DNA of 49,378 nucleotides from an uncultured Dehalococcoidia bacterium (GCA_950072105.1 CATMOE010000024.1:1-49378), one strand, 5' to 3'; shown: positions 29,611 through 40,183, counted from the stretch's first letter. Notes: a model not told the origin generated them from the letters alone. Program-made: numbers and translations.

Positions 29611-30153
29611 TCATGTATTACCGGGTTCGCCGGTGGAGTTGCCTCCCCCGTTTTGTTCCGGCAGCCCCGATCCAGAAGCCTTTTCGTCATCCTCATTCGC
29701 CCGGCCTTCGGGCTGTTCAGTTCCGCTTTGGCGCTGGCGGAGATTTTCAAGAGCTCGCTCCAGAATATCCACGGTCCAACTGTTCAGCGACACTCCGGCC
29801 CGCTGTGCCGACTCGGTGGCGCGCTCTTTGACGCTGGAGGGCATCCTAAGAAGAACCTTAGAGATAGTGTCGCTATCAAGATGAAGCGTCCATCCCGGTC
29901 TCCTTTCTTCACCTAAAGTGACCACCTCTGCTGCCAGCCGAGTACCCTCTTGGATCAGGCGGATCCGGGCGTGGGGCGCAAGCTGTTCGTTTATCTCATC
30001 TAACAGCCTATGGAATGCGTCTCGAGCCGCCGCTTCCACCAAGGGCCCGGTACTTTCGACAAACTCCTCCAGCATACGGCGGCGTTCCGTGTCGTCCACC
30101 AGGTTTAATGCCTTTTTTGAAGCGTTGGCTATATCATGAAAGTCTATGGCCAT
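29611..30153 (-). CDS. HicB-like ribbon-helix-helix DNA-binding protein
   Basis: C-terminal KVLLRMPSSVKERATESAQRAGVSLNSW RHH motif; no adjacent HicA gene. Confidence 0.7.
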   Translation of the reverse strand: MAIDFHDIANASKKALNLVDDTERRRMLEEFVESTGPLVEAAARDAFHRLLDEINEQLAPHARIRLIQEGTRLAAEVVTLGEERRPGWTLHLDSDTISKVLLRMPSSVKERATESAQRAGVSLNSWTVDILERALENLRQRQSGTEQPEGRANEDDEKASGSGLPEQNGGGNSTGEPGNT

Positions 30154-30189
30154 GGCGTTCTTTAACTCTCCAAGTCAGATATTCTCATG

Positions 30190-30239
30190 TGCTATCATAA
30201 AGCTTACTTACTGATATCATATTGATATCATACTGTCAA
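30190..30239 (-). promoter_or_regulatory. Promoter with palindromic TGATATCA operator boxes
   Basis: TGATATCA at 30212-30219 and 30223-30230, TGCTATCA at 30190-30197; minus-strand TTGACA at 30239-30234. Confidence 0.6.
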
Positions 30240-30321
30240 ACGCCTGCTTCATGAGACACGGTAACCGCTATGGGTAAGGGCGGCGTATAATCCGGCGAAG
30301 GCATCAGCAAGGGGATAACCA

Positions 30322-30756
30322 TTGGCCCAGTTCTCCACCCGTCAGTTAGAGATGTTGGCGTCGGCACGCGTCGGGCGCCTGGCCACCGCCGGAGAAGATG
30401 CCCGCCCCCACGTGATTCCGGTGTGCTTCACTACCGATGGCCGGTCCATTTACTCGGTACTGGACCAGAAGCCCAAACGAACCGGCTTGACCAGGTTGCG
30501 GCGAGTCAAGAACATTCTGGCCAATCCCCAGGCGACTCTATTGGTGGACCACTACGAGGAGGACTGGGGCAACCTCTGGTACCTCATGGTTTCCGGCCGG
30601 GCGGAATTGCTGATGGATGGCCAAGAGCAAACAAACGCCGTCTCCCTGCTGCGCGAAAAGTACGATCAATACCGGGCGATGGACATCGGCCTAAACCCGG
30701 TGATCAAGATCACCCCGGAGAACATCGTTTCCTGGGACGGCGCAACCGGCAGGTAG
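30322..30756 (+). CDS. PPOX-class F420-dependent oxidoreductase (Rv0121-like)
   Basis: ARVGRLAT...PHVIPVCF...DQKPK...LRRVKNILANP...VDHYEEDW..LW...KYDQY. Confidence 0.85.
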   Translation: MAQFSTRQLEMLASARVGRLATAGEDARPHVIPVCFTTDGRSIYSVLDQKPKRTGLTRLRRVKNILANPQATLLVDHYEEDWGNLWYLMVSGRAELLMDGQEQTNAVSLLREKYDQYRAMDIGLNPVIKITPENIVSWDGATGR

Positions 30757-30865
30757 CCGCGCTCCACCGGCCCCCACGGCAACGAGGACCCTATCTTGAC
30801 ACCGCACGAGCAGCCCACCTAAACTGGCCCGGTGCCCATGACCCATTCGAGCCTAGCGTAACAAA

Positions 30866-31369
30866 GTGGAGGCTGCCCTGGACAGGTTGTACCGGTGGGA
30901 AGACGCCCAGGTGGGAGACACAGCGCCAGCCTACTATTATGAGATGACGGCGGAGAAGATCGTCGCCTATTGCCGGGCGGCCCGCTACGAAAACGTGGCC
31001 TACACCAGCCAGGCCGCTGCCAAAGAGGCCGGACTTCCGGGGATGATCGCGCCACCAGCCATGGTCTTCACCTATGCCCCTATCTGTCTGTCCGGCTTAG
31101 CATCCACCAGAGGCCGCAGGCTCCCTGAGGATCCGGCCCTGCTGGCTCAGACGGGGCATCCGGTGAAGACTTCTATCGGTTTCCAGGGCGCCATGGTCCT
31201 TCCGGGAGACTTTGTCCGTAGCGTCACCTCGATCCAGGACAAATACCAACAGCAAGAAAGGGCAATGATCGTTCTCCGAGTGGAGGCTCACAACCAAAGG
31301 AAAGAGCGCGTGGCCGAGTATACCTGTGCCTGCCTTTGGCCTTTAGGACCCGATGATCAAGGTTCCTAG
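30866..31369 (+). CDS. MaoC-like hotdog-fold dehydratase domain protein
   Basis: AAKEAGLPGMIAPP...PGD...NQRKERV. Confidence 0.7.
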   Translation: MEAALDRLYRWEDAQVGDTAPAYYYEMTAEKIVAYCRAARYENVAYTSQAAAKEAGLPGMIAPPAMVFTYAPICLSGLASTRGRRLPEDPALLAQTGHPVKTSIGFQGAMVLPGDFVRSVTSIQDKYQQQERAMIVLRVEAHNQRKERVAEYTCACLWPLGPDDQGS

Positions 31370-31423
31370 CATCTCGGCCAGGCCCCTAGCCGCGGTAGAC
31401 GATTCAAGAAACAGGAGAGTGTT

Positions 31424-33073
31424 ATGGACGGCAACACGGCGATCGCCAACGTATTGAAGATGGAGGGAGTCGACTTCATCGCCTGCATCCCATCAAACCC
31501 CCTAATCGAGGCGGCGGCGGTGGCCGGTATCCGCCCGATCGTCTTTCGCCAGGAATGCACCGGGGTTCACATGGCCGACGGATTCGCCCGGGTAACCAAC
31601 GGCAAGCGCACCGGCATATTCCTGATGCAGAGCGGACCCGGAGCGGAAAACGCTTTCGGCGGAGTTGCCCAGGCTTACGCCGACTCGGTGCCCATGCTAC
31701 TGCTCCCCGCCGCCGCCGCCCGGGACCGCCTGGGCGTCGCTCCCACCTTCAACCCCGCCCGGAGCTACGAATCCATCACCAAGTGGTCGGCTCAGATCAC
31801 CTCCGCCCGCACCGTTTCCGAGGTGATGCGCCGGGCTTTTCAAAAACTGCGAAGCGGCCGGCCCGGTCCAGTGCTTCTGGAGATCCCCCAAGACGTTGGG
31901 GCGGAAGAGTTGAGCGAGCTGGACTTCGACTACGAACCACCTCCAACCGTCCGTAGCGCTGGCGACCCCGAAGCGATCCGCCGGGCCGCCCAGGCATTGC
32001 TGGCCGCCAAGGACCCGATCATCGACGCCGGACAGGGTGTCATGTATGCCGAGGCTACCGGCGAGTTGATCAAGGTGGCCGAGTTCTTGCAGGCCCCGGT
32101 GATGACTACCCTGGGTGGCAAAAGCGCGTTCCCGGAGAACCATCCCCTGTTCGTGGGCTGCGGCGGTCCCAGCACCACCCTGGGTGTACACCGCCACCTG
32201 ACCAGGGCCGACCTGGTATTCGGCATCGGGGTCAGTTTCGGCAAGACCAACTTCGGGGTTCAGATGCCACCCGGCAAAGTCATCATCCACGCCACCAACG
32301 ATGAAAACGACATCAATAACGACATGAAGTCCCACTACCCGGTGGTGGGCGACGCCAAACTGGTCTTGACCCAGCTTTTGGAAGAGTTGAAACTCCAGTC
32401 CGGTTCCCAAGGCCGTCCCGCCAACCAGGCGTTGGTGGATGAGATCAAGGCCGGTAAACAGGAGTGGCTTGACCAATGGATGCCCAAGCTAACTTCCAAC
32501 GAAGTCCCCATCAACCCCTACCGGGTGGTTTGGGACATGATGCACACCGTGGACCTGGACAACGTCATCGTTACCCATGAATCGGGCAGCGCCCGGGAGT
32601 ACATGGTGCCATTCTGGGAGGCCCGGCAACCCCGATCGTTCATCGGTTGGGGCAAATCCACCCAGTTGGGTTACAGCCTGGGCCTGGCCATGGGGGCCAA
32701 GATGGCGGAGCCGGATAAGCAGGTCATCAACGTCATGGGCGACTTTGCCTTCGGGTCGGTCGGCATGGACATCGAAACCGCCGTCCGGGCCGAGTTGCCC
32801 ATCATCACCATCGTGCTTAACAACTCCACGATGGCCATCTATAACGACAGCCGCTTCCCGGTGGCCGTAGGGAAGTACAACCTAAAGTCAGTGGGCGGGC
32901 AGTTTTCCGAGGTAGCCCAGGCCCTGGGCGCCTACAGCGAAAAAATCACCGAACCCCAAGAAATCATCCCGGCTATCAAACGTGCCCTGGAGGTCAACCG
33001 AGGCGGCAAGACCGTGCTGCTGGAGTTCATCACCAAAGAAGAAGGGGAGTACTCCAAGTTCAACTTCAGGTAG
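31424..33073 (+). CDS. Thiamine pyrophosphate-dependent enzyme (acetolactate synthase-like family)
   Basis: RQE..GVHMADGFAR, GPGAEN, RPGPVLLEIP, GDFAFG...LNN TPP-binding motif. Confidence 0.9.
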   Translation: MDGNTAIANVLKMEGVDFIACIPSNPLIEAAAVAGIRPIVFRQECTGVHMADGFARVTNGKRTGIFLMQSGPGAENAFGGVAQAYADSVPMLLLPAAAARDRLGVAPTFNPARSYESITKWSAQITSARTVSEVMRRAFQKLRSGRPGPVLLEIPQDVGAEELSELDFDYEPPPTVRSAGDPEAIRRAAQALLAAKDPIIDAGQGVMYAEATGELIKVAEFLQAPVMTTLGGKSAFPENHPLFVGCGGPSTTLGVHRHLTRADLVFGIGVSFGKTNFGVQMPPGKVIIHATNDENDINNDMKSHYPVVGDAKLVLTQLLEELKLQSGSQGRPANQALVDEIKAGKQEWLDQWMPKLTSNEVPINPYRVVWDMMHTVDLDNVIVTHESGSAREYMVPFWEARQPRSFIGWGKSTQLGYSLGLAMGAKMAEPDKQVINVMGDFAFGSVGMDIETAVRAELPIITIVLNNSTMAIYNDSRFPVAVGKYNLKSVGGQFSEVAQALGAYSEKITEPQEIIPAIKRALEVNRGGKTVLLEFITKEEGEYSKFNFR

Positions 33074-33125
33074 GGGGGATTGGGGCTTTGCACGGGCTAC
33101 TAGGCTGCGGGCGACGGAGACAATC

Positions 33126-34028
33126 ATGAGTCAGATCGCCATACCTTCTCCATGGCTGGGTTGGCATGTGGCGTTGCGATTGGGACGGGTATCCAATCTT
33201 CCAACGGTATGGACCAACGTCGTGGCCGGAGTGGTTCTTTCGGGCGGAACGATGGATGCCTTTCCGCTGGTGTTGCTTATCGTCGCCCTCTCCTTGTTTT
33301 ACGTCGCGGGGATGTATCTTAACGATGCGTTCGACCGTAAGACCGATGCTCGGGAACGGCCAGAACGCCCCATCCCCTCTGGACAGGTGAGAACGTCAAC
33401 CGTTTTCGCCATTGGCTTCTCGCTGCTGCTGGCCGGCGAAGGGGTCCTGGCCATAATAAGCTACGGGCTGGAAGGAGGTCAGGGTTGGCCTCCCCTGGTT
33501 GCAGGCGTGGCATTGGCCGCCGCCATCGTCTATTACGACATGCACCACAAGACGAACCCGTTGAGTCCGGTGGTTATGGGATCGTGCCGGGCGTTGGTCT
33601 ACGTAACCGCGGCCCTGGCCGTTACATCCAGCCTTTCCAACCCCGTCCTGTGGGGCGCCGGCCTGATGCTCGCCTATCTCATCGGACTTACCTATGCGGC
33701 GAAACAGGAAAACCTGGCCAAAGTTAAGAACGTCTGGCCCTTGGCGTTCCTTGCGCTCCCATTCGCATATGCGGCGACTTCGGCATTGGCAAGCCCGATC
33801 ATCGCCCTGATCTACATCGGTTTCCTGTTGTGGGTCATTTACGCGCTGGTTCACCTGATGTGGCGCAGCCGGATCAACTTCCCTTTGGCCGTGGGCAGTC
33901 TGCTGGCGGGAATCTCATTCCTAGACGCTCTCCTCATTTCCGGTCATGGGGAGGTCTTGATCGGTTTATTGGCCGTAGGGGCGGTGGTCTTGACCAGATT
34001 GGCGCAGCGCTACATCCCTGGCACCTGA
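33126..34028 (+). CDS. UbiA-family prenyltransferase, EboC-like
   Basis: RVSNLPTVWTN, GMYLNDAFD...ERPERPIPSG, YD..HK, MGSCR; ATG at 33126. Confidence 0.85.
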   Translation: MSQIAIPSPWLGWHVALRLGRVSNLPTVWTNVVAGVVLSGGTMDAFPLVLLIVALSLFYVAGMYLNDAFDRKTDARERPERPIPSGQVRTSTVFAIGFSLLLAGEGVLAIISYGLEGGQGWPPLVAGVALAAAIVYYDMHHKTNPLSPVVMGSCRALVYVTAALAVTSSLSNPVLWGAGLMLAYLIGLTYAAKQENLAKVKNVWPLAFLALPFAYAATSALASPIIALIYIGFLLWVIYALVHLMWRSRINFPLAVGSLLAGISFLDALLISGHGEVLIGLLAVGAVVLTRLAQRYIPGT

Positions 34029-35402
34029 TCAGCCGGTCAGATGATTCAAGACCAAGCCTTTAACTGCAGTGGCCGGAATGGGGCCCTCCGGAAGTAGGGC
34101 TTCTTCGGAGGAGATAAAGACTGGGCCGGCTTCAGGCCGTTCGGTCACTCGGCCATGGGAACCCTTGACCAGCGAGGCGTCGAGACCAATCACATCCATC
34201 AAAGTACGAAAGCCTAGCTTCATGTTCAGAATTCGCCAGGCTATGCGAATCTTCGGCATTCGAAGCTGAGGATCGAGGAAGAGTTCAGCCGGGTCAAATC
34301 CAGGTTTACGATGGATATCCACCGTTCTAGCAAAGTCGGGAGCTTTGTCGTCATCAAGCCAATAATAATAAGTGAACCACCGGTCTGGACGGCTGACGGC
34401 TACCAACTCTCCCGAGCGCGAATGATTCAACCCCATATCCCGCTTGCCCTCTTCGTCAAGAACCATATCCACGCCGGGTAGAGCCTCCAGCAGCGCCTTA
34501 ACTTCGGCGATTCTCTTCGGGCTACGGACGTATACGTGTGCGATCTGGTGATCGGCCACGGCGAAAGCCTCGCTAGCGCCGGGATCAAGTAGCTCAGTCC
34601 CCAACTCATTCCGGACGTGAATCAACCCCGCTTCTCTAAGAGCGCGGTTGATGTGGACCGGCCCTTCCACATCGGTGACCCCGTATTCGGACAGAACGAT
34701 GACTCGGGCTCCGTCTCGCTGCACGTTCTCGACAATCTCGCCGCATAGATCGTCGATGGCTCGCAGATCCCGGCTGATACCGGGATGAGACGGTCCAAGG
34801 CGCTGCAGATTATAGTCGAGATGTGGCAGATAGACCATGCTGAGCGTAGGCTGGAGCGTTTTTTGGATATACAAAGCACAGTCGGTGATCCACCGGCTGC
34901 CGCTTATATCGGCGAAGGGGCCCCAAAAGCGAAAGAGCGGGAACGGCCCAAACTGGGAATTTAACTCGTCGCGCAATCCGGCGGGTTGGGTATAAACGTC
35001 GGGAATCTTACGCCCGTCGGCGGGATACATGGGTCGCGGCGTGACCGATATATCCGCCGATGCATACATGTTGTACCACCAGAAGAGCTTGGCGCAGGAG
35101 AAGGAGGGATCTAGATCGCGGGCTGCCTCCCAGATCTTCTCTCCGGAAACCAACCGGTTGGATTGCCGCCAGAACCAGACCTCGGACAAGTCTCTAAAAT
35201 ACCAGCCATTACCGACGATTCCATGATCCCGTGGCATCAACCCGGTTGCCATCGTAGCCTGAACGGAGCAAGTTACCGCCGGAGTGACGGTTGATAAGGG
35301 CCTGACGCCTCCCTGTTTAACGAGGGCGTTGATGTGGGGCGTATCATCGCCAAGAAGGCCCTGAGTCAGACCAACGACGTTAATCACAACCGTGGGATGC
35401 AT
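34029..35402 (-). CDS. Alkaline phosphatase / nucleotide pyrophosphatase family protein, EboF-like
   Basis: VVINVVGLT, PAVTCSVQ, HGIVGNGWY, YLPHLDY.LQR, VADHQIAH, VDIHRKPG.DP.ELF, VKGSHG. Confidence 0.85.
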   Translation of the reverse strand: MHPTVVINVVGLTQGLLGDDTPHINALVKQGGVRPLSTVTPAVTCSVQATMATGLMPRDHGIVGNGWYFRDLSEVWFWRQSNRLVSGEKIWEAARDLDPSFSCAKLFWWYNMYASADISVTPRPMYPADGRKIPDVYTQPAGLRDELNSQFGPFPLFRFWGPFADISGSRWITDCALYIQKTLQPTLSMVYLPHLDYNLQRLGPSHPGISRDLRAIDDLCGEIVENVQRDGARVIVLSEYGVTDVEGPVHINRALREAGLIHVRNELGTELLDPGASEAFAVADHQIAHVYVRSPKRIAEVKALLEALPGVDMVLDEEGKRDMGLNHSRSGELVAVSRPDRWFTYYYWLDDDKAPDFARTVDIHRKPGFDPAELFLDPQLRMPKIRIAWRILNMKLGFRTLMDVIGLDASLVKGSHGRVTERPEAGPVFISSEEALLPEGPIPATAVKGLVLNHLTG

Positions 35403-35570
35403 ATTTCTTTGGCCTTGCCGCTCGATTTACCGGACCGTCTATCTGGCGTTAGACCTAGTCGCGACACGGAGCGAATAATATGCCTGATCGGGATTCATGT
35501 CCAACTCGGCCAAAGCTACTCTTGGAGTCAGAAACCGATAGTTATATCCAGTGCGGTAATGCATCGGGAA

Positions 35571-36842
35571 CTAGGTATGAATTGCCACCCCGCTTCCCCC
35601 TCCCCGCGGTCGCTTCGCCGCCACAACGAGGACGAAGCTAATCAGGGCACAGACCGCCAGGTAGGCCAGAGCGTCTTGGTACCGGCCCCACCGGTCGAAG
35701 GCGATGCCTAATATCAGGGGGCCTAGGGCGAAGCCGGCGACTTGGGAGGCCCGGCTTAATCCGTGCATGGACCCCAAGATTCCCCTGCCGTAATAGCTGG
35801 CCCAAAGGATCGGGGCCAGTGCGTTCAAACCGCCCGATGCCACTCCATGCAAGAAGGCGAACAGGTAGGCTTCGGCCAGATTGTCGGCAAGGATCAAGAC
35901 GCCGATGTCGATAGCGGTGGTCAGGCACACGCAGGCCATCAAGAGACGGGGCGGCACGCGTTCCGCCAGGAACCCCAGCGCCAGGATCCCCACCGCGCTC
36001 GACGTGGACATCACGCTTATCACTCCCACCGCTTGACCCGTGCTCAATCCCTGCTGCGTCAGATGCGGCACCAAGTGCAGGGTAACTCCCGAGCCGGCGG
36101 TACTGGCCAGGAACAGGGAAATCAGGATGAGCCAGAACGGAGGCGTGGCCACCACTTGCCGCAAGGTCCACTGGTCAGGTTCGCCCCCCGCAAAAACCGT
36201 GGCGGCATCGGCGTCAGGCCCCGCCCTCCCGTCCACCACCAAACCGTAGTCCTCGGGCTGACGCCGGATCAAAGCGAAGCTGGGAACGATGCCCAGGACG
36301 GCCATTACCGCCGCCAACAGAAGCCAAGCCGCGCGCCACCCCCAAGCACCGATAGCCAGTTGAACCAAAGGGGCCATGACCATTATTCCGGCCGAGCCGG
36401 AGAAAAAGACTAGAGCGATGGCTCGGCCACGATACCTCTGGAACCATTTCCCCACCGAAGGAGCGGCGCCGATCTTGATCAACCCTTGGTCGGCCGTCCT
36501 GGCGATGGTATAGCCCACATAGAATCCCAGCAGCGTTTGAACCGAAGCCAAGTACACGCAGGCCACTACCACCAGAGTCCCGCCCAAAGTCAGCACCCAA
36601 CGGGAGCCGATCCGGTCGACAAGCCGGCCAGAGAACGGGGCAAGGGAAGCCCCAAGGACGGCTCCCACGCTAGTCACGGCGGAGATTTCGGTCCGGCTCC
36701 AGCCAAACTCTTCAGTGAAGGGATTAACGAAAATTGTGAGGATGCCTATAGCCGTTGCCGCGTTGGCGAACTCCATCCCGCCGGACACCGCGACAATTAT
36801 CCAGCCATAGTAGATCCGTTTGGAGATACGCTGCATGGGCAA
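35571..36842 (-). CDS. MFS transporter (OFA/MCT-like)
   Basis: YYGWIIV, GRLVDRIGSR motif A, KWFQRYRGRA; about 12 TM segments. Confidence 0.88.
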   Translation of the reverse strand: MPMQRISKRIYYGWIIVAVSGGMEFANAATAIGILTIFVNPFTEEFGWSRTEISAVTSVGAVLGASLAPFSGRLVDRIGSRWVLTLGGTLVVVACVYLASVQTLLGFYVGYTIARTADQGLIKIGAAPSVGKWFQRYRGRAIALVFFSGSAGIMVMAPLVQLAIGAWGWRAAWLLLAAVMAVLGIVPSFALIRRQPEDYGLVVDGRAGPDADAATVFAGGEPDQWTLRQVVATPPFWLILISLFLASTAGSGVTLHLVPHLTQQGLSTGQAVGVISVMSTSSAVGILALGFLAERVPPRLLMACVCLTTAIDIGVLILADNLAEAYLFAFLHGVASGGLNALAPILWASYYGRGILGSMHGLSRASQVAGFALGPLILGIAFDRWGRYQDALAYLAVCALISFVLVVAAKRPRGGGSGVAIHT

Positions 36843-37041
36843 GGAACCCTTAACCTGCTACTCCGTCGATTTCGCCGATCGCCGCCGCCTGTTCACCTTT
36901 GGGCGCCAGACACCCCGGCAGCCGGACCATCCTACCATCAATGTGCTATGCAAAGCGCCGTCGCTGATATTTCACTGACACAAGCATCTTTCGATAAAAA
37001 TTCTTAGGTAGTATGGTTCGCCGATAGCCTACCGGGTTGGA

Positions 37042-37761
37042 GTGCCGATGAGCGGTAATGGCGACAGTCAATACCAGCCGACGATACGGGACCTGCCCCA
37101 AGGCGAGCGTCCCCGGGAGCGGCTGCGGGCATTCGGACCCAAGTCCTTAAGCAATACCGAGCTCATCGCCATTCTATTGCGCACGGGTTTGCCGGGAGAG
37201 AACGTCTTGGCCGTCTCCTCGCGCCTGCTGGCCCGTTTCGACGGCCTGGCAGGATTAGGACGAGTCAGCTTCGCTGAGTTATGCGCCGAACGCGGCCTTA
37301 GCGAGGCCAAGTCCAGCCAACTCATGGCCGCGTTGGAGTTGGGACGGCGATTCGTCTCCCTGGCGCCCCAGGAACGGGCGGTCATCAACTCGCCCCAGGA
37401 CGTGGCCAACCTGCTTTTGGCGGAGATGTCGGTCTTGGACCAAGAGCACCTGAAAGTTTTGCTGCTCAATACCCGCAATGAAGTGCTGGGCATTCAAGAG
37501 ATCTACGTGGGTAACGTCAACAGTTCAGTGATCCGAGCGTCGGAAGTGTTCCGCCCGGCGGTACAGGCAAACGCGCCGTCGATCATCGTCGTCCATAACC
37601 ACTCCTCGGGAGACCCGGCCCCCAGCTCCCAAGACGTAGACATCACCAAAGAACTGATCTCGGCCGGCAAACTGCTGGGTATAGAGCTACTGGACCACGT
37701 CGTGCTGGGCAGCGCCAACCGCTTCGTCAGCCTTAACGAGATGAGACTAGCGTTCACTTGA
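37042..37761 (+). CDS. radC: RadC (JAB domain) protein
   Basis: ERPRERL...LSNTELIAILLRTG, HNHSSGDPAPSSQD, LLDHVVLG. Confidence 0.93.
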   Translation: MPMSGNGDSQYQPTIRDLPQGERPRERLRAFGPKSLSNTELIAILLRTGLPGENVLAVSSRLLARFDGLAGLGRVSFAELCAERGLSEAKSSQLMAALELGRRFVSLAPQERAVINSPQDVANLLLAEMSVLDQEHLKVLLLNTRNEVLGIQEIYVGNVNSSVIRASEVFRPAVQANAPSIIVVHNHSSGDPAPSSQDVDITKELISAGKLLGIELLDHVVLGSANRFVSLNEMRLAFT

Positions 37762-39093
37762 GTCTTCGGTTTGCGTAGAGTGGGGCCCGGAAGCGCCCGT
37801 CGAATTAGGAGTCCACGCCGGTTCATCCGTTCCATCAACAGCCTTTTCAAGGTTAGTCCCCACCCGCCGTCGTACGAGGGGTGTCAGGACCATCACCAGC
37901 AGGATCAACAGGATCCCGGCTCCGGCGTTGATCCCGATGGCCAATCCAATACCAAAGGTGCTGGCTATCGCCCCTATCTCGGAACCTCCAATCAGGTGTC
38001 CCAGGCCGTTTACCATCCCTTGTGCCCCCATCACCCGTCCTCTTATTTCCGGCCGTGATTCCAACAGCAAGATTGTGCTCTGCATAGTGCTGAAACCCGC
38101 TTGCCCTAAGCCTCCAAAAAGCAGTAGCGCGAAAGAGACGGCGTACCAGGGAGACCAGGCCATCGACGCTACCGCTGACGCCACGACCAGCGCACCGGTA
38201 CAAAATAATCGGCCATGGTAGCGAATGTTTCTTTTTAAAGCGATGATCGAAGCGCCGATCAACGTGCCAATACCTTCCGCGGAGCCCAGCAAACCTCCCA
38301 GGACAGGTCCGACCAAGAGCAGGTCGTTGGCGATCACTGGGATAAAATACTGGATGGGAAAGACCAGCGCGTTCACTATCAGCGACATGCTGAGGACACC
38401 CAGAACCATCCGGTTGGCCAGGGAGTGCTCTACTCCCTCCCGTAGACCCCGCGCCATCGAAAGCCCAGAGCTGATAGCCTGAGCCTGAAATGGCAGCCGC
38501 ATCCTAGTGATCAGCAAGAGAGCAGCCAGGTCCAACGCCACGATCACGGCATAAGCGCCGTTAAATCCGGCCCAAGCGATCAAAATACCGCCGGCCACCG
38601 GTCCCAGTATCCTGCCCCAGTTATTCGTGATCGTTTCCAGGGACATTGCGCTGGCGATATTTTCTTGGCCCGCCAGATCAAATATGGCGGTGCGCCGGGC
38701 GGGATCGTCAGTCACCCTCACCGACCCTTGCACAAAAACGGCGATGAAGATTTGCCATGGCTGGATAGTTCCGATGATGAGTAACACCAGTATGGCCACG
38801 GCGATCCCGACGTAAGAGGTGTGCGCCGCGATCAAAATGCGGCGCCGGTCCAGCCGGTCGGCCAGAAGCCCGGCAAAGAGGGCCAGGACAGGGCGGGGAA
38901 TGTTGAGGAAGACTGCTATCAACCCCACCTGGAACGCGGAGTCGGTCAATCGGAGAATCAGGTAGCCCAACACCAGCAGCTCCATCCGCCGGGAGACCTC
39001 GTGAATCGACCTGGCGGTCCAAAGAAAGCGGAAATCTTTGCTTCGGAGAACCTCCAGCACTGGGCTCCTGGACTTCCTGAGCAAGTGGATCAA
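37747..39093 (-). CDS. MFS transporter (MFS_3/DHA3-like)
   Basis: DFRFLW, GLLADRLDRRR, DPARR, RGRVMG; hydrophobic. Confidence 0.88.
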   Translation of the reverse strand: MIHLLRKSRSPVLEVLRSKDFRFLWTARSIHEVSRRMELLVLGYLILRLTDSAFQVGLIAVFLNIPRPVLALFAGLLADRLDRRRILIAAHTSYVGIAVAILVLLIIGTIQPWQIFIAVFVQGSVRVTDDPARRTAIFDLAGQENIASAMSLETITNNWGRILGPVAGGILIAWAGFNGAYAVIVALDLAALLLITRMRLPFQAQAISSGLSMARGLREGVEHSLANRMVLGVLSMSLIVNALVFPIQYFIPVIANDLLLVGPVLGGLLGSAEGIGTLIGASIIALKRNIRYHGRLFCTGALVVASAVASMAWSPWYAVSFALLLFGGLGQAGFSTMQSTILLLESRPEIRGRVMGAQGMVNGLGHLIGGSEIGAIASTFGIGLAIGINAGAGILLILLVMVLTPLVRRRVGTNLEKAVDGTDEPAWTPNSTGASGPHSTQTEDSSER

Positions 39094-39253
39094 GCTCCTG
39101 ACGCGGAATGTGTTCGGTACGCCTGCGACTCGGTGCTATAGCGTACCACGACCCTCCAGCTAATACGCCCCCGTCCAGCACGACGTGATAGACGGAAGGT
39201 GGTGTGCAGCGGGCGGCCCGGTGAAGGGCATGAGATCCATCGCCGTCACGACG

Positions 39254-39793
39254 TCAGAAACTACCCAGCCTTTCTGCGTTCCGAAGCATGATGGTCCGCT
39301 GGATAGTGGTAACGCGCCGGTCGATGACCTGAAGAGTATCCCGCATGAATGTGCCATTTTCATGTTGAGGTCCGATCATCAGGTGCCCCAGTTCGTGGTC
39401 CATAATCTCATTGAGGAGTTCCGCCCGGCCTCCTGCCACCGCGGCGATTCCGTTGCCGGTCCACGCCAGACCCAGATCCCCCTAGGTTCCCACAGACTGG
39501 GCTAGAGGAAAGACGAATAAGGTAGGCTCTGGATGGCCCAGCTTCCACCGGTGCAGCTCGCGAAGATTCTCTCCCAGGTTATCTATCGGATTTATGTTTT
39601 CAATCCAGCCACGCACTGTGGGTTGCCAAACGATGCCCTGCCGCTTCCAAAAGACGACGCTTTCTTCCAAGGATGTCTCCACCCGCTCAATGGTTTGGTA
39701 ACTCAGGGACGGCACAACGACGACGACGTTCAATGGCACCTTGATGAAGGGCCGCGCGAGCATCCTGAGGAGCCACATTCTAGCTGTGCTCAT
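39254..39793 (-). pseudogene. Metzincin-like metalloprotease interrupted by an in-frame TAG
   Basis: ORFs 39482-39793 and 39254-39439 share a frame and are separated only by TAG (39484-39482); HELGHLMIGPQH...FM motif. Confidence 0.6.
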
Positions 39794-40183
39794 TAATCCT
39801 CCCGCGATAAGTGATTAGACGGTTTTCGCGACACCGATCAGCCGTCTTTTAGCTACACCCCTGCGCCCACATCCAACGCTAGCTTCAGGGTCTCCCCTGG
39901 TGGTAGATCAGTGTAAGAATAAGCTGAATACCTTCTCAGGCCAAGTCCCAGTCCACTATCCGGCGCTCGTCGCAGATTCCTGGCCACGCCTTGAGACCTC
40001 CACCTTAGTTGCCAAAGTGAGTTCCCGGCCCAGGGGTTGACCACACATAGTTGAAACACCGGGCGACCGATGGCTGGAGTGCACATGGGCGCCATCCTGG
40101 TTCGGATGGACCTTAAGGCCGACATGGAGCCGGCCCAGGAGGGTTGAAGGACTCAGCTCCTGGCAGGTTGCCCCACCCATCAG

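Noticed and set aside
37595..37620. RadC HNHSSGD instead of the usual HNHPSGD
   Set aside because: Both His and the downstream Ser/Asp are intact; the single substitution does not support inactivation
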